A program made the position numbers and the translations under genes. Shown piece by piece: positions 10,069-19,178 of a DNA stretch of 64,000 nucleotides (its first letter is position 1; every line of letters begins with the position of its first letter). This stretch comes from Candidatus Latescibacterota bacterium. GTDB taxonomy: Bacteria; Latescibacterota; UBA2968; GCA-2709665. The notes under the pieces are model-generated. The model saw only the letters and a program-made list of their open reading frames with translations, made no database searches and was not told the origin of the DNA. The stretch lies in NCBI GenBank assembly GCA_965237675.1, contig OZ250150.1, positions 3,296,001-3,360,000 on the forward strand. Direction: 5' to 3'.

Positions 10069-10291
10069 AAGGGATGTATTGGACCTTTTCGGACAACACC
10101 GGTTTTTCCCGTTTTTTTATAGGATATATTGCGCTCAAATCTCCTTGCAACGCCAGTGCAATGTATTCACAAATGGCTGACACTGGTATTCCGACAGGCT
10201 ACAAAATTGATCATCGAGGCTATGCGTAACAATGATCGGCGCGTCCATCTAAAAACGCTTTGTATTTCGACTGAAATAGCCAGGTAAAATT

Positions 10292-11896
10292 ATGAACAAC
10301 CCGAGTCCGAACATACTCGAGGAGCGGGCAGGTAGACGTAAGCTGCCCATCGGCATTCAAACCTTTCGCAAAATTCGGGAGGAGAACTGCTACTATGTTG
10401 ACAAAACCGCTTACATGCGGCGAATGGTGGACGAAGGCACTCATTATTTTCTGTCGCGACCCCGTCGCTTTGGCAAGAGCCTCTTTCTCGATACCTTAAA
10501 GGAACTGTTTGAGGGGAACGAGGTGCTGTTCGAAGGACTCGACATCCACGGCCATTGGGATTGGTCTGTTATCTATCCGGTCGTGCGGCTGAGCTTTGGC
10601 AGTGGCAATTTCAAGGAGCCGGGCTACCTGCATACGAATCTCATGGCGCAGTTGGACGCTGTCGAACGTCGGGCGGGCCTCGCAGGGGAGTACGCCACGG
10701 GCCCGGAACGGTTCAGTCATCTGGTCGAGGTGCTGCGCGATCGTGCCGGACATCCTGTGGCCGTTTTGGTCGATGAATACGACAAGCCGATTCTGGACGC
10801 GCTCGAGGTGCCGGAGGTCGCACGCGCCAACCGCGACTACCTGCACGGCCTGTACTCGTCGATCAAGGACAGCGAGGCGCACGTCAAGTTTACCTTCCTT
10901 ACCGGCGTCAGCAAGTTCTCAAAAGTAAGCCTGTTCTCTGGCTTGAATAACCTCAAGGACATCACCCTGGATGCCCGCTTTTCGGCCGTATGCGGCTACA
11001 CCGAGTCAGACCTGGACACCGTGTTCGCACCGGAACTGCCAGGGCTGGAACGGGAAGAGGTCCGCGAATGGTATAACGGCTATAGTTGGCTGGGTGACGA
11101 GAAGGTCTATAACCCTTTCGATATCCTCCTGCTCTTCGACAAGCGCCGATTCGACGCCTATTGGTTTGAGACCGGCACGCCGACATTCCTGATCGAGACC
11201 CTGTTCAAGCACCGTGTCAGTTCCCCGGCACTCGACGAGATGGTGGGCAGTAGCGACTTACTATCGGCCTTCGATGTGGATGACATAGCGACCGAGGCCC
11301 TGTTGTTCCAGACTGGCTACCTGACCGTTACCGATGAGGAGAACCTGGGTGGCGAGCCACTTTACGTGTTGGGTTACCCCAACCGGGAGGTGCGCCAGAG
11401 CCTTAACCGAAGTCTCCTTCGCTTCCTCGTCAAGAACCCGTCGCGCCAGATGGCGAACAGCGTCCAACTGTACCGGCTGCTGGAGGCGAACGACTTTGAG
11501 GGGCTCAAGACGCTGTTCCATACATTCTTCGCCAGTATTCCCTACGAGTGGTACACCAACAACGACATCGCCAACTACGAGGGCTACTACGCGAGCGTTT
11601 TTTATTCCTATTTCGCGGCACTCGGGCTTGACATTACGGTAGAAGACAGCAGCAGCCACGGCTGTTTGGACATGGCGGTGTTATTCAACGGCAACGTGTA
11701 CCTGTTCGAATTCAAAGTGGTGGAGTTGGCCCCCGAGGGCGCGGCGATGGCGCAATTGAAAGCGCGGCGTTACGCCGACAAGTACCGCGCCCGGGCAGAG
11801 CCGATCCATCTGATCGCGGTAGAGTTCAGCCGTGAGAGCCGCAACGTCGCGGCGTTCGACGTGGAGAGTGTGCTTGTGGATCGAGAGGAGCAGTAG
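10292..11896 (+). CDS. AAA-ATPase-like domain plus PD-(D/E)XK nuclease protein
   Basis: LPIGIQTF, YVDKT, Walker A RPRRFGKS, VLVDEYDKP, WYNGY, YNPF, C-terminal D...FEFK..Q..Y. Confidence 0.88.
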   Translation: MNNPSPNILEERAGRRKLPIGIQTFRKIREENCYYVDKTAYMRRMVDEGTHYFLSRPRRFGKSLFLDTLKELFEGNEVLFEGLDIHGHWDWSVIYPVVRLSFGSGNFKEPGYLHTNLMAQLDAVERRAGLAGEYATGPERFSHLVEVLRDRAGHPVAVLVDEYDKPILDALEVPEVARANRDYLHGLYSSIKDSEAHVKFTFLTGVSKFSKVSLFSGLNNLKDITLDARFSAVCGYTESDLDTVFAPELPGLEREEVREWYNGYSWLGDEKVYNPFDILLLFDKRRFDAYWFETGTPTFLIETLFKHRVSSPALDEMVGSSDLLSAFDVDDIATEALLFQTGYLTVTDEENLGGEPLYVLGYPNREVRQSLNRSLLRFLVKNPSRQMANSVQLYRLLEANDFEGLKTLFHTFFASIPYEWYTNNDIANYEGYYASVFYSYFAALGLDITVEDSSSHGCLDMAVLFNGNVYLFEFKVVELAPEGAAMAQLKARRYADKYRARAEPIHLIAVEFSRESRNVAAFDVESVLVDREEQ

Positions 11897-11939
11897 GGTG
11901 TACTCAAGGGTGGAAGCATAGGGTAACGACGGAGGCTGC

Positions 11940-12113
11940 GTGAAAGATCGCCTGTCGCACTCCGGCCGCATGAAGAGCGATATACCGGACTGGATCCTGG
12001 ATGATACCGCCAGCGTTTCCGACCAAATCGTCCTGAAACGCGACCGATTGGAGACGTTTTTAGAGAGGCGTGTGAGGCGCCCACGTCGGTGGTTGGGTCT
12101 ATTCGGTATCTGA
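11940..12113 (+). CDS. Small hypothetical protein (57 aa), below the ORF-track cut-off
   Basis: GGAGG at 11931-11935, GTG start, open frame MKDRLSHSGRMKSDIPDWILDD...RRVRRPRRWLGLFGI, TGA at 12111-12113. Confidence 0.4.
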   Translation: MKDRLSHSGRMKSDIPDWILDDTASVSDQIVLKRDRLETFLERRVRRPRRWLGLFGI

Positions 12114-12224
12114 ATTGGATCGCGTCTTTCGGATACCATCAGGCGGGTTTGGCGGCATCGAAATTGCAAACATATTTCGATTCGTATCTCACTTGTCATT
12201 TCTTATCGATGAGGGGTTGTCGCA

Positions 12225-13424
12225 ATGGCCGGAGAACGCAAATTGAGAATCGCGCAGGTGGGCTGCGGCAGCCGCGGGCTCGGGGTACGGCTGCCGGCGA
12301 TTCGGATGATGTCTGACGTATTCGAATTGGCCGCCGTGTGCGACGTGGACGCGGGTAAGGCGCGCGCAGTCGGCGCGGAATATGGCGTCCCTGCTTATTC
12401 GCGGGTACAGGATCTGGCGGCACATGAAAACCTGGACATCGCGGCCGTGAGTACGCCGGGCGATTCGCACCACGCGATCGGGGCGTACCTGGCTGAGCGA
12501 GGCGTGAATCTCATTGTGGAGACTCCGATTTCTCCGACGCTGCAGACCGCCGACGTCCTGATCGGAGCCGCCGAGCGCGGCGGGGTGAAGCTGGAGGTGG
12601 CCGAGCAGTTTTGCCGGGATCCCATGCATCTGATGAAGCGGCGAGCGATCGAGGCCGGGGCCATCGGGGACGTTCTTCGAGTATTTGCCCTGTTTCAGAC
12701 GGGAGGCTATCACATTGTCAGCAATGTTCGGGCGATGGTGTGCGATTCCGAGGCCGTGCGGGTCACCGGCGTGGTGATGAATTCGCCGATTCCCAGGGTG
12801 AATATTAGCGAGATTCGGCAGTATGAGACGGAATACTGGACGATGGATCTGGTCGAGTTCGAGAATGGCGCACTTGCGGTGATGTCCTATTCCTCCATGT
12901 ATCACGGGCGGGCGCTCGGACGCAAGAGCAAGACGTTGTTTCAGGTGGACGGTACCACGGGGACGATTGTGGAGGATGACGTGCATACCACCACGGAAGC
13001 GCAGCGATTGAATGGCGGCCGCGCCAGCGTCTGCCCGATCAGGACGGAGACGCGCGCGATGCACGGGATGCAGGTGCTGGAACGGATGGTGGTGGAGACC
13101 GACCCACCGCTGGTGTGGGAGAATCCGTGGCCCCAGTACCGGACGTCTCCTGGAGGGTTGGCGATCGTGGAAGAGATGGACAGCATCGCACGAGCGGTTC
13201 TGGACGATCTGCCAACCCGATATGACGGGTACCGGGCGCGGAAGGACATTGAGATCGAATTGGCGGTGGCCGAGTCCGGGCGGTTGGGGCGGAAACCCGT
13301 GGACCTGCCATTGACGGAACCCACGGCGCGAGAGACGAGGCTTCTTGAACAATTCAAGCGGGATTACGCATGCGATCCGTTCGACGTGGAAGCTTGCGTG
13401 GATGTATTCTTTCCGAAGAGGTAG
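12225..13424 (+). CDS. Gfo/Idh/MocA family oxidoreductase
   Basis: N-terminal Rossmann VGCGSRG, AVCD, VSTP..H, ETP in place of EKP; GAGGGG RBS. Confidence 0.85.
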   Translation: MAGERKLRIAQVGCGSRGLGVRLPAIRMMSDVFELAAVCDVDAGKARAVGAEYGVPAYSRVQDLAAHENLDIAAVSTPGDSHHAIGAYLAERGVNLIVETPISPTLQTADVLIGAAERGGVKLEVAEQFCRDPMHLMKRRAIEAGAIGDVLRVFALFQTGGYHIVSNVRAMVCDSEAVRVTGVVMNSPIPRVNISEIRQYETEYWTMDLVEFENGALAVMSYSSMYHGRALGRKSKTLFQVDGTTGTIVEDDVHTTTEAQRLNGGRASVCPIRTETRAMHGMQVLERMVVETDPPLVWENPWPQYRTSPGGLAIVEEMDSIARAVLDDLPTRYDGYRARKDIEIELAVAESGRLGRKPVDLPLTEPTARETRLLEQFKRDYACDPFDVEACVDVFFPKR

Positions 13425-13463
13425 TTAATTTCCCTGGAACCCCGAGTCCCGGAGATATCGAGA

Positions 13464-14525
13464 ATGGGTAAAGGACGCACATTCCCATGCGAGGCAAGAA
13501 AACTGACGGACGAGAAAACGGGCGCATCCGTCCGTCAGATGACGGATCATCCCTCCATCAATCACAATCTGTACTTTTCGAACTCGTCCTGGACGCCGGA
13601 CGGAAAAACCATCGTATTTACCTCGTATCGCTCCGGGCAACCCAACCTCTTCAAAATGGACGAGGCCACTGGCACGATAACGCAGTTGACCGATACGGAC
13701 GGATTCGGGGGCTTCGCCGCCTGCCCGTCGCGCGACGGGAACAGGGTATTTTACAATGCGGCCGGACAGGTACGCGCCGTGGACCTCGACACGTTGAAGG
13801 AATCGGTTCTCGCCGATTTTGGAAGCGGCAGCGCGGGCGGGTGCAGCCTCACGGCAGATGGCGCACGCCTGGTAACCTCATTGCAGCGAGACGGAAGTTC
13901 GGCGGTGGTCGCCGTGGAAACAGACGGAACCGGATACCGCGTGGTGCGTGAACCGCCCCGCGCCGTCGGCCACGTTCAGGTCTGCCCGGTTGATCCGGAC
14001 CTGATTCTGTATTCGAGCGACGTGAATCAGCGCATGTGGGAGGTGCGGATTGACGGAAGCGGCGAACGCGCGCTGTTTGAACACGACGCGTCGGTGTGGA
14101 TTACCCACGAGACGTTTCTGGGGCGCTCCGATGAAGTGATGTTCGTACACTGGCCTTATGCCCTGCGGGCAATCAGGGCGGGGGAGGACGAAGATCGGAC
14201 CATTGCGGCGTTCAATGTCTGGCATCCCTCTCCACGTCCGGATGGATCCCTCATTGTATGCGACACCACCTGTCCCGATATCGGGCTGCAACTGATCGAT
14301 CCGAAGACGGGGGAACACGAGACGCTCTGCTATCCAGGCAGTTCGAATGGGGGAACGCAGTGGTCGAGCACGGTCCCCGCGGACGACGACAAGACGCAGC
14401 CCGAAACGTACGGACCCCAGTGGTCTCATCCCCACCCCTCTTTCAGTCCCGACGGGACGCGGGTTATTTATACCTCGGATCGAACCGGCAGCAGCCAGAT
14501 TTACGTCGTGGATTTGCCCGATTAG
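13464..14525 (+). CDS. Oligogalacturonate lyase-like beta-propeller protein
   Basis: MGKG...DEKTG..VRQMT, LYF..SWTPDG, THE, HPHPSFSPDG..VIYTSDRTG. Confidence 0.75.
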   Translation: MGKGRTFPCEARKLTDEKTGASVRQMTDHPSINHNLYFSNSSWTPDGKTIVFTSYRSGQPNLFKMDEATGTITQLTDTDGFGGFAACPSRDGNRVFYNAAGQVRAVDLDTLKESVLADFGSGSAGGCSLTADGARLVTSLQRDGSSAVVAVETDGTGYRVVREPPRAVGHVQVCPVDPDLILYSSDVNQRMWEVRIDGSGERALFEHDASVWITHETFLGRSDEVMFVHWPYALRAIRAGEDEDRTIAAFNVWHPSPRPDGSLIVCDTTCPDIGLQLIDPKTGEHETLCYPGSSNGGTQWSSTVPADDDKTQPETYGPQWSHPHPSFSPDGTRVIYTSDRTGSSQIYVVDLPD

Positions 14526-14576
14526 GGCACGCCTTTTGCTGCAGACGCCGTTTCCGTGTTATTGAACAAAAAATGC

Positions 14577-14608
14577 TTGACTCCCGGCGAGCAAATCTGT
14601 AGATTTGC
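14577..14608 (+). promoter_or_regulatory. Sigma70-like promoter with overlapping palindromic operator
   Basis: TTGACT (14577-82), 17 nt spacer, TAGATT (14600-05); inverted repeat GCAAATCT-GT-AGATTTGC (14591-14608). Confidence 0.55.
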
Positions 14609-14881
14609 GTTCCGCCTCTGCTTTGAATTATCCTCAATAAAATAAAGAAGATATAGACATCCGCTTCCGATGGCTCGGGGGACGGGGGCTGCCGTGTCAT
14701 TCGAGGGTGCTTCCGGCAGGGGCCGGCCGTTTGGGGGCGGAATCCGGTGGTGCGACGTGTTCCCGTGGATCCCCTGAACGCCGGGTCGGAACGAGCGGGA
14801 CCCGTGTCGAACGGGACGCTGAAAATTTCGGAACCGGGATTCGGTTGAAGAGTTTTTTAGAGGAAGGAGCGGAATTTTATA

Positions 14882-15373
14882 ATGATCCGGCGGACATGGG
14901 TTCTCGGATTGGCGGCGTCGGTTCTCCTTGGGTGCGCCCGCGAGTCCGCGGACGAGCTTTTTTCAAAAGGGGAGGCGGCAACCCACAAGGAGGCGTCCTA
15001 TCCGCAGGCAGAGGCGCTTCTCAAGGAATTCCTGGACGTTTATCCGGATGACCCGAGGGCGGATCTGGTCCTGCACGCGCTTGCGCGGGTGCTGCTGAAT
15101 CGACACAAGTTTGACGAGGCCATCGTATCTTACGAGACACTGGTTCGGCGTTTTCCGGAGAGCCGGTACGCGGACCAGGCCCAGTTTATGGTTGGGTACG
15201 CCTACGATCTCCAGGGCAAATATGAACGCGCCCGTGAAGCTTATCAGAAAGTCATCGATAAGTTTCCGGATTCGGAATTGAATGATGATGCCGCCATCTC
15301 GATCAGGAATCTCGGTAAGCCGCCCGAACAGTGGTTTCCCGTCGATTCGACCTCAACCGCAACGGTAAACTGA
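14882..15373 (+). CDS. TPR lipoprotein (BamD/CpoB-like repeats)
   Basis: Lipobox VLLGC; YP.D..A and FP.S..A TPR-type repeats; AGGAAGGAG RBS. Confidence 0.8.
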   Translation: MIRRTWVLGLAASVLLGCARESADELFSKGEAATHKEASYPQAEALLKEFLDVYPDDPRADLVLHALARVLLNRHKFDEAIVSYETLVRRFPESRYADQAQFMVGYAYDLQGKYERAREAYQKVIDKFPDSELNDDAAISIRNLGKPPEQWFPVDSTSTATVN

Positions 15374-15571
15374 ACCGGGTACGGGTGTGCCTATCGATCA
15401 GGTCCGGAATGAGATCCATGCCGCCCCGTCCCGACTCGAATACGCTCGCCGTTTCAGGCTGTCAAACAGCTCGCGGGGCCATGTTTTCTCGTTATTCTTT
15501 CAGCGGTTCGCAGCCGGGCGGTATCCGTGTAGACAGAAACCGTCCGGTCTTCTTTTTTGTGGGATTCAACG

Positions 15572-16567
15572 ATGATGATCGCAGCCGATATCCAGCAACT
15601 GAACGATGAAGTAGAACGGGAGAGCGCGTTTGTCCAGCGCCTGACGGCCGAGGTGGGCAGGGTGATCGTGGGCCAGCAGCCCATGGTGGAACGGCTGTTG
15701 ATCGGGCTGCTGTGCAATGGCCACGTGCTGCTGGAAGGCGTTCCCGGTCTGGCAAAGACGTTAACCATCACGACGTTGGCGCGGGCCATTCATGCCTCGT
15801 TCAGCCGAATCCAGTTTACACCCGATCTCTTGCCCGCGGATTTGATCGGCACCATGATCTACAACCAGGCGACCGGCGAGTTCATGCCCAAAAAGGGTCC
15901 GGTTTTTGCGCAACTTGTGCTTGCCGACGAAGTGAACAGGGCGCCCGCCAAGGTTCAGAGCGCCATGCTTGAGGCGATGCAGGAGCGCCAGGTGACCATT
16001 GGCGATCAAACCTTTCCGATGGACGATCCGTTTCTGGTTCTGGCCACGCAGAATCCGATCGAGCATGAGGGAACCTACCCGCTTCCGGAGGCCCAGGTGG
16101 ACCGATTCATGATGAAGGTCCGGGTTACCTATCCGCGGCGGGAGGAGGAGCGGGAAATAATCGACCGGATGGAGGGCGGGGAACCGCCGGTTGCAGACCC
16201 CGTTGTCCGGCCGGAAGACATCTTACGCGCGCGTGCGGTTGTCGACCGGGTGTACGTCGACGACAAGATCAAGGACTATATCGTGAATCTGATGCTGGCA
16301 ACCCGCGATCCGGCGGCCTTCGGAATTCAGGATCTCAACGCGTTGATCGAGTATGGATGTTCGCCGCGGGGCTCCATCTTTTTGACGCGCGCGGCCAAAG
16401 CCCACGCGTTTTTGCGGCGCAGGGGATACGTGACGCCGGAGGATGTGAAAGCCATGGGCCAGGATATTCTCCGGCACCGTGTGATTGTCACGTACGAGGC
16501 GGAAGCCGAGGAGGTCGATTCCGAGGATATTGTCCGCCGGATATTCGATCATGTCGAGGTGCCCTGA
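15572..16567 (+). CDS. moxR: MoxR family AAA+ ATPase
   Basis: HVLLEGVPGLAKT, RIQFTPDLLPAD, ADEVNRA, ATQNPIE, GTYPLPEAQVDRF. Confidence 0.95.
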   Translation: MMIAADIQQLNDEVERESAFVQRLTAEVGRVIVGQQPMVERLLIGLLCNGHVLLEGVPGLAKTLTITTLARAIHASFSRIQFTPDLLPADLIGTMIYNQATGEFMPKKGPVFAQLVLADEVNRAPAKVQSAMLEAMQERQVTIGDQTFPMDDPFLVLATQNPIEHEGTYPLPEAQVDRFMMKVRVTYPRREEEREIIDRMEGGEPPVADPVVRPEDILRARAVVDRVYVDDKIKDYIVNLMLATRDPAAFGIQDLNALIEYGCSPRGSIFLTRAAKAHAFLRRRGYVTPEDVKAMGQDILRHRVIVTYEAEAEEVDSEDIVRRIFDHVEVP

Positions 16568-16571
16568 CGCG

Positions 16572-17453
16572 ATGATTCCCGTTGAGATACTCAAGAAAGT
16601 GAGGCGCATCGAACTGCGCACACGGCACCTGGTCAATACCGTCTTTTCGGGCGAATACCATTCGGTTTTCAAAGGACAGGGGATGGCGTTTTCCGAAGTG
16701 CGGGAATACCAGGTGGGAGACGATATCCGATCGATAGATTGGAACGTGACCGCCCGGATGGGACACCCCTTTGTCAAGGTGTTCGACGAAGAACGTGAGT
16801 TGACGGTGATGTTGATGGTGGATGCCAGCGCATCCGGCGATTTCGGGACCGTCTCGCAGATGAAGGGCGAAATCGGGGTCGAGATTTGTGCTTTGCTGGC
16901 ATTTTCGGCCATACAGAACAACGATCGGGTGGGCCTGATCATCTTCACGGACGATGTCGAGGCGTTCATTCCGCCGAAAAAGGGCAAGAGGCACGTACTG
17001 CGCGTCATACGGGAATTGTTGTACTTCAGGCCCAATCGACGGGGTACGGACATCGGTACGGCGCTCGACTATCTCAACCGGATCAACAAACGCAAGAGCG
17101 TGGTGTTTCTGGTTTCCGATTTTCTGGCATCCGGCTATGAGGCTGCGTTGCGGGTGGCCGGGAGGCGACACGACCTGATTGCGGTTGTGCTTCAGGATCC
17201 CCGGGAACGTGAATTGCCGGATGTCGGTCTCGTGGAGGTGGAGGACGCGGAAACGGGGCGGGAGATGCTCGTGGATACGTCCGACCAGGAGTTTCGGTAT
17301 CTGTTCAGGCAGTTGAACGACAAGACTGAAGAACGACGGGATCAGCTGTTTCGCTCTATTGGCATCGATCACGTGCATATCCATACAGAGACATCGTATG
17401 TGGACGCGCTGATGCGATTCTTCCGAAAGCGGGCGCAACAGATCGCGGCATAG
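16572..17453 (+). CDS. DUF58 domain (VWA-like) MoxR partner
   Basis: FKGQGMAFSEVREYQVGDDIRSIDWNVTAR, DASAS, SDF. Confidence 0.92.
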   Translation: MIPVEILKKVRRIELRTRHLVNTVFSGEYHSVFKGQGMAFSEVREYQVGDDIRSIDWNVTARMGHPFVKVFDEERELTVMLMVDASASGDFGTVSQMKGEIGVEICALLAFSAIQNNDRVGLIIFTDDVEAFIPPKKGKRHVLRVIRELLYFRPNRRGTDIGTALDYLNRINKRKSVVFLVSDFLASGYEAALRVAGRRHDLIAVVLQDPRERELPDVGLVEVEDAETGREMLVDTSDQEFRYLFRQLNDKTEERRDQLFRSIGIDHVHIHTETSYVDALMRFFRKRAQQIAA

Positions 17454-17463
17454 GGAGGCCGTT

Positions 17464-18399
17464 GTGATCGAAGTTGATCATCTAACCAAACAGTACGGAT
17501 CGTTGGTGGCGGTCAAGGACCTGACGTTCAGGGTGGAAAAGGGAGACGTGGTCGGATTTCTCGGCCCGAATGGTGCGGGCAAGACCACCACCATGCGAAT
17601 TCTTACGTGTTATCAGCCGGCCACGCAGGGGACCGCCCGGGTGGCCGGCTTCGACGTGTTCGACGAGCCGATGGAGGTCAAGAGGCGTATCGGGTACCTG
17701 CCGGAGCATCCGCCGGTCTACAACGATATGTACGTACGGTCGTATCTGGATTTCGTGGCGCAGATAAAAGGCGTGCCGTCACGGAAACGCGGTTCCCGGG
17801 TGGACGACGCGATGGAGCGATGCGGTATTACGGATCGGGCGAAGCAGCTCATCGGCCAACTGTCCAAAGGTTATCGGCAACGTGTCGGTATTGCCCAGGC
17901 CATCCTGCACGATCCGGACGTAATTATCCTGGATGAACCGACCATCGGGCTGGATCCCAACCAGGTCCAGGAGATTCGCCGGTTGATCCGCGGATTGGGC
18001 CGGGAACACACGGTCATTCTGAGCACGCATATTATGCACGAGGTGGAAATGACCTGCGACCGTGTGATCATAATCAACAGGGGTCAGATCGCGGCCGTGG
18101 ATTCAACGGCAAACCTGACAGCCCGGGCGTCGGGTAACCGGCAGTACTACGTGGCGGTGTCGGGCGACCTGGATGCTGCCGCGGAAGCCATTGGAGGTGT
18201 ACCAGGAGTGGTCGGCGTCCGCAGGGCAAGCGAAGACCTGGCGTTGCAGGTCGACGTTTCCGGCGAAACGGATATGCGTCCGGCGATTGCGGCCCGGCTG
18301 GTGGAGCGCGATCTCGGTCTGGTGGAATTGAGACCGATCACGGCCAGTTTGGAGGATATTTTCCACGAATTGACAACCCGCGAGGGGGCAGGCCCCTGA
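17464..18399 (+). CDS. ABC transporter ATP-binding protein (GldA-like)
   Basis: GFLGPNGAGKTTTMR, LSKGYRQRVG, ILDEPT.GLDP, STH. Confidence 0.9.
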   Translation: MIEVDHLTKQYGSLVAVKDLTFRVEKGDVVGFLGPNGAGKTTTMRILTCYQPATQGTARVAGFDVFDEPMEVKRRIGYLPEHPPVYNDMYVRSYLDFVAQIKGVPSRKRGSRVDDAMERCGITDRAKQLIGQLSKGYRQRVGIAQAILHDPDVIILDEPTIGLDPNQVQEIRRLIRGLGREHTVILSTHIMHEVEMTCDRVIIINRGQIAAVDSTANLTARASGNRQYYVAVSGDLDAAAEAIGGVPGVVGVRRASEDLALQVDVSGETDMRPAIAARLVERDLGLVELRPITASLEDIFHELTTREGAGP

Positions 18400-19175
18400 T
18401 GGGAAATATCGCCGCGATTTTCTGGAAGGAGATGCGTTCCTATTTCGGCTCGCCGATCGCCTATGTGGTCGCCACGGGTTTCCTGTTGATGATGGGTTAT
18501 CAATTTCAGAACGAGGTTGTGGAATTTCGCGCCAAATGCCTGAATTATACATTTCAGCATCAGGAGCATGGCGTCGAGCCGCCGAACGTGAACGAGGACG
18601 TCGTGTTCCACTTTTTCCTCAGCCAGTGCCTCGTCTGGCTGGTCGTGACGCCGATGCTGACCATGCGGCTGTTCGCGGAGGAGAAGGGTTCCGGGACGAT
18701 CGAACTCCTGATGACGTCTCCTCTGACAACGTGGCAGGTCATACTCGGCAAATTCGCGGCCTGTCTCGGGCTGTATTTCATTATCGAACTGTTCCTGCTC
18801 TCGTTGATCTTTGTCGTGTCGTTTTACGGCGATTTGAATTGGGCGCGGGTGGTGTCCGCTTGTTTCGCAGTCTTTCTGCTGGGAGGGTCGTTTATCAGTG
18901 TGGGCCTTCTGGCCTCCTCCCTCACCGATAAACAGATCGTGGCGGTCGTCAACGCGTTTGTTCTTCTTCTTCTTCTCTTCGTGGTGCGGTATTCGCCCGA
19001 ACTCATCGGGCGCGAGTGGGCAACCGTATTTTTCTATCTCTCGTTGATCGATCACACGAGGGATATGGCCCGGGGTTTGATCGACAGCAGCGACGTCATC
19101 TTTTTTCTGAGCTTTACTTTCTTCTTTCTGTTTTTGACGCATACCGCGCTTGAATCGCGCCGATGGAGGCATTAG
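18399..19175 (+). CDS. ABC-2 type permease (GldF-like)
   Basis: KEMRSYF.SPIAY, TMRLFAEEK.SGTIELL.T.P, multiple TM segments; TGATG coupling. Confidence 0.87.
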   Translation: MGNIAAIFWKEMRSYFGSPIAYVVATGFLLMMGYQFQNEVVEFRAKCLNYTFQHQEHGVEPPNVNEDVVFHFFLSQCLVWLVVTPMLTMRLFAEEKGSGTIELLMTSPLTTWQVILGKFAACLGLYFIIELFLLSLIFVVSFYGDLNWARVVSACFAVFLLGGSFISVGLLASSLTDKQIVAVVNAFVLLLLLFVVRYSPELIGREWATVFFYLSLIDHTRDMARGLIDSSDVIFFLSFTFFFLFLTHTALESRRWRH

Positions 19176-19178
19176 AGA

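Noticed and set aside
9010-11896. SIR2 plus ATPase as a Sir2-HerA system
   Set aside because: The ATPase is the AAA-ATPase-like/PD-(D/E)XK type, not HerA/FtsK; a 223-nt gap and different base composition argue against a dedicated pair
14707-15051. 114-aa ORF in the operon leader
   Set aside because: Overlaps the TPR lipoprotein in another frame; G/R-rich composition typical of non-coding GC-rich sequence
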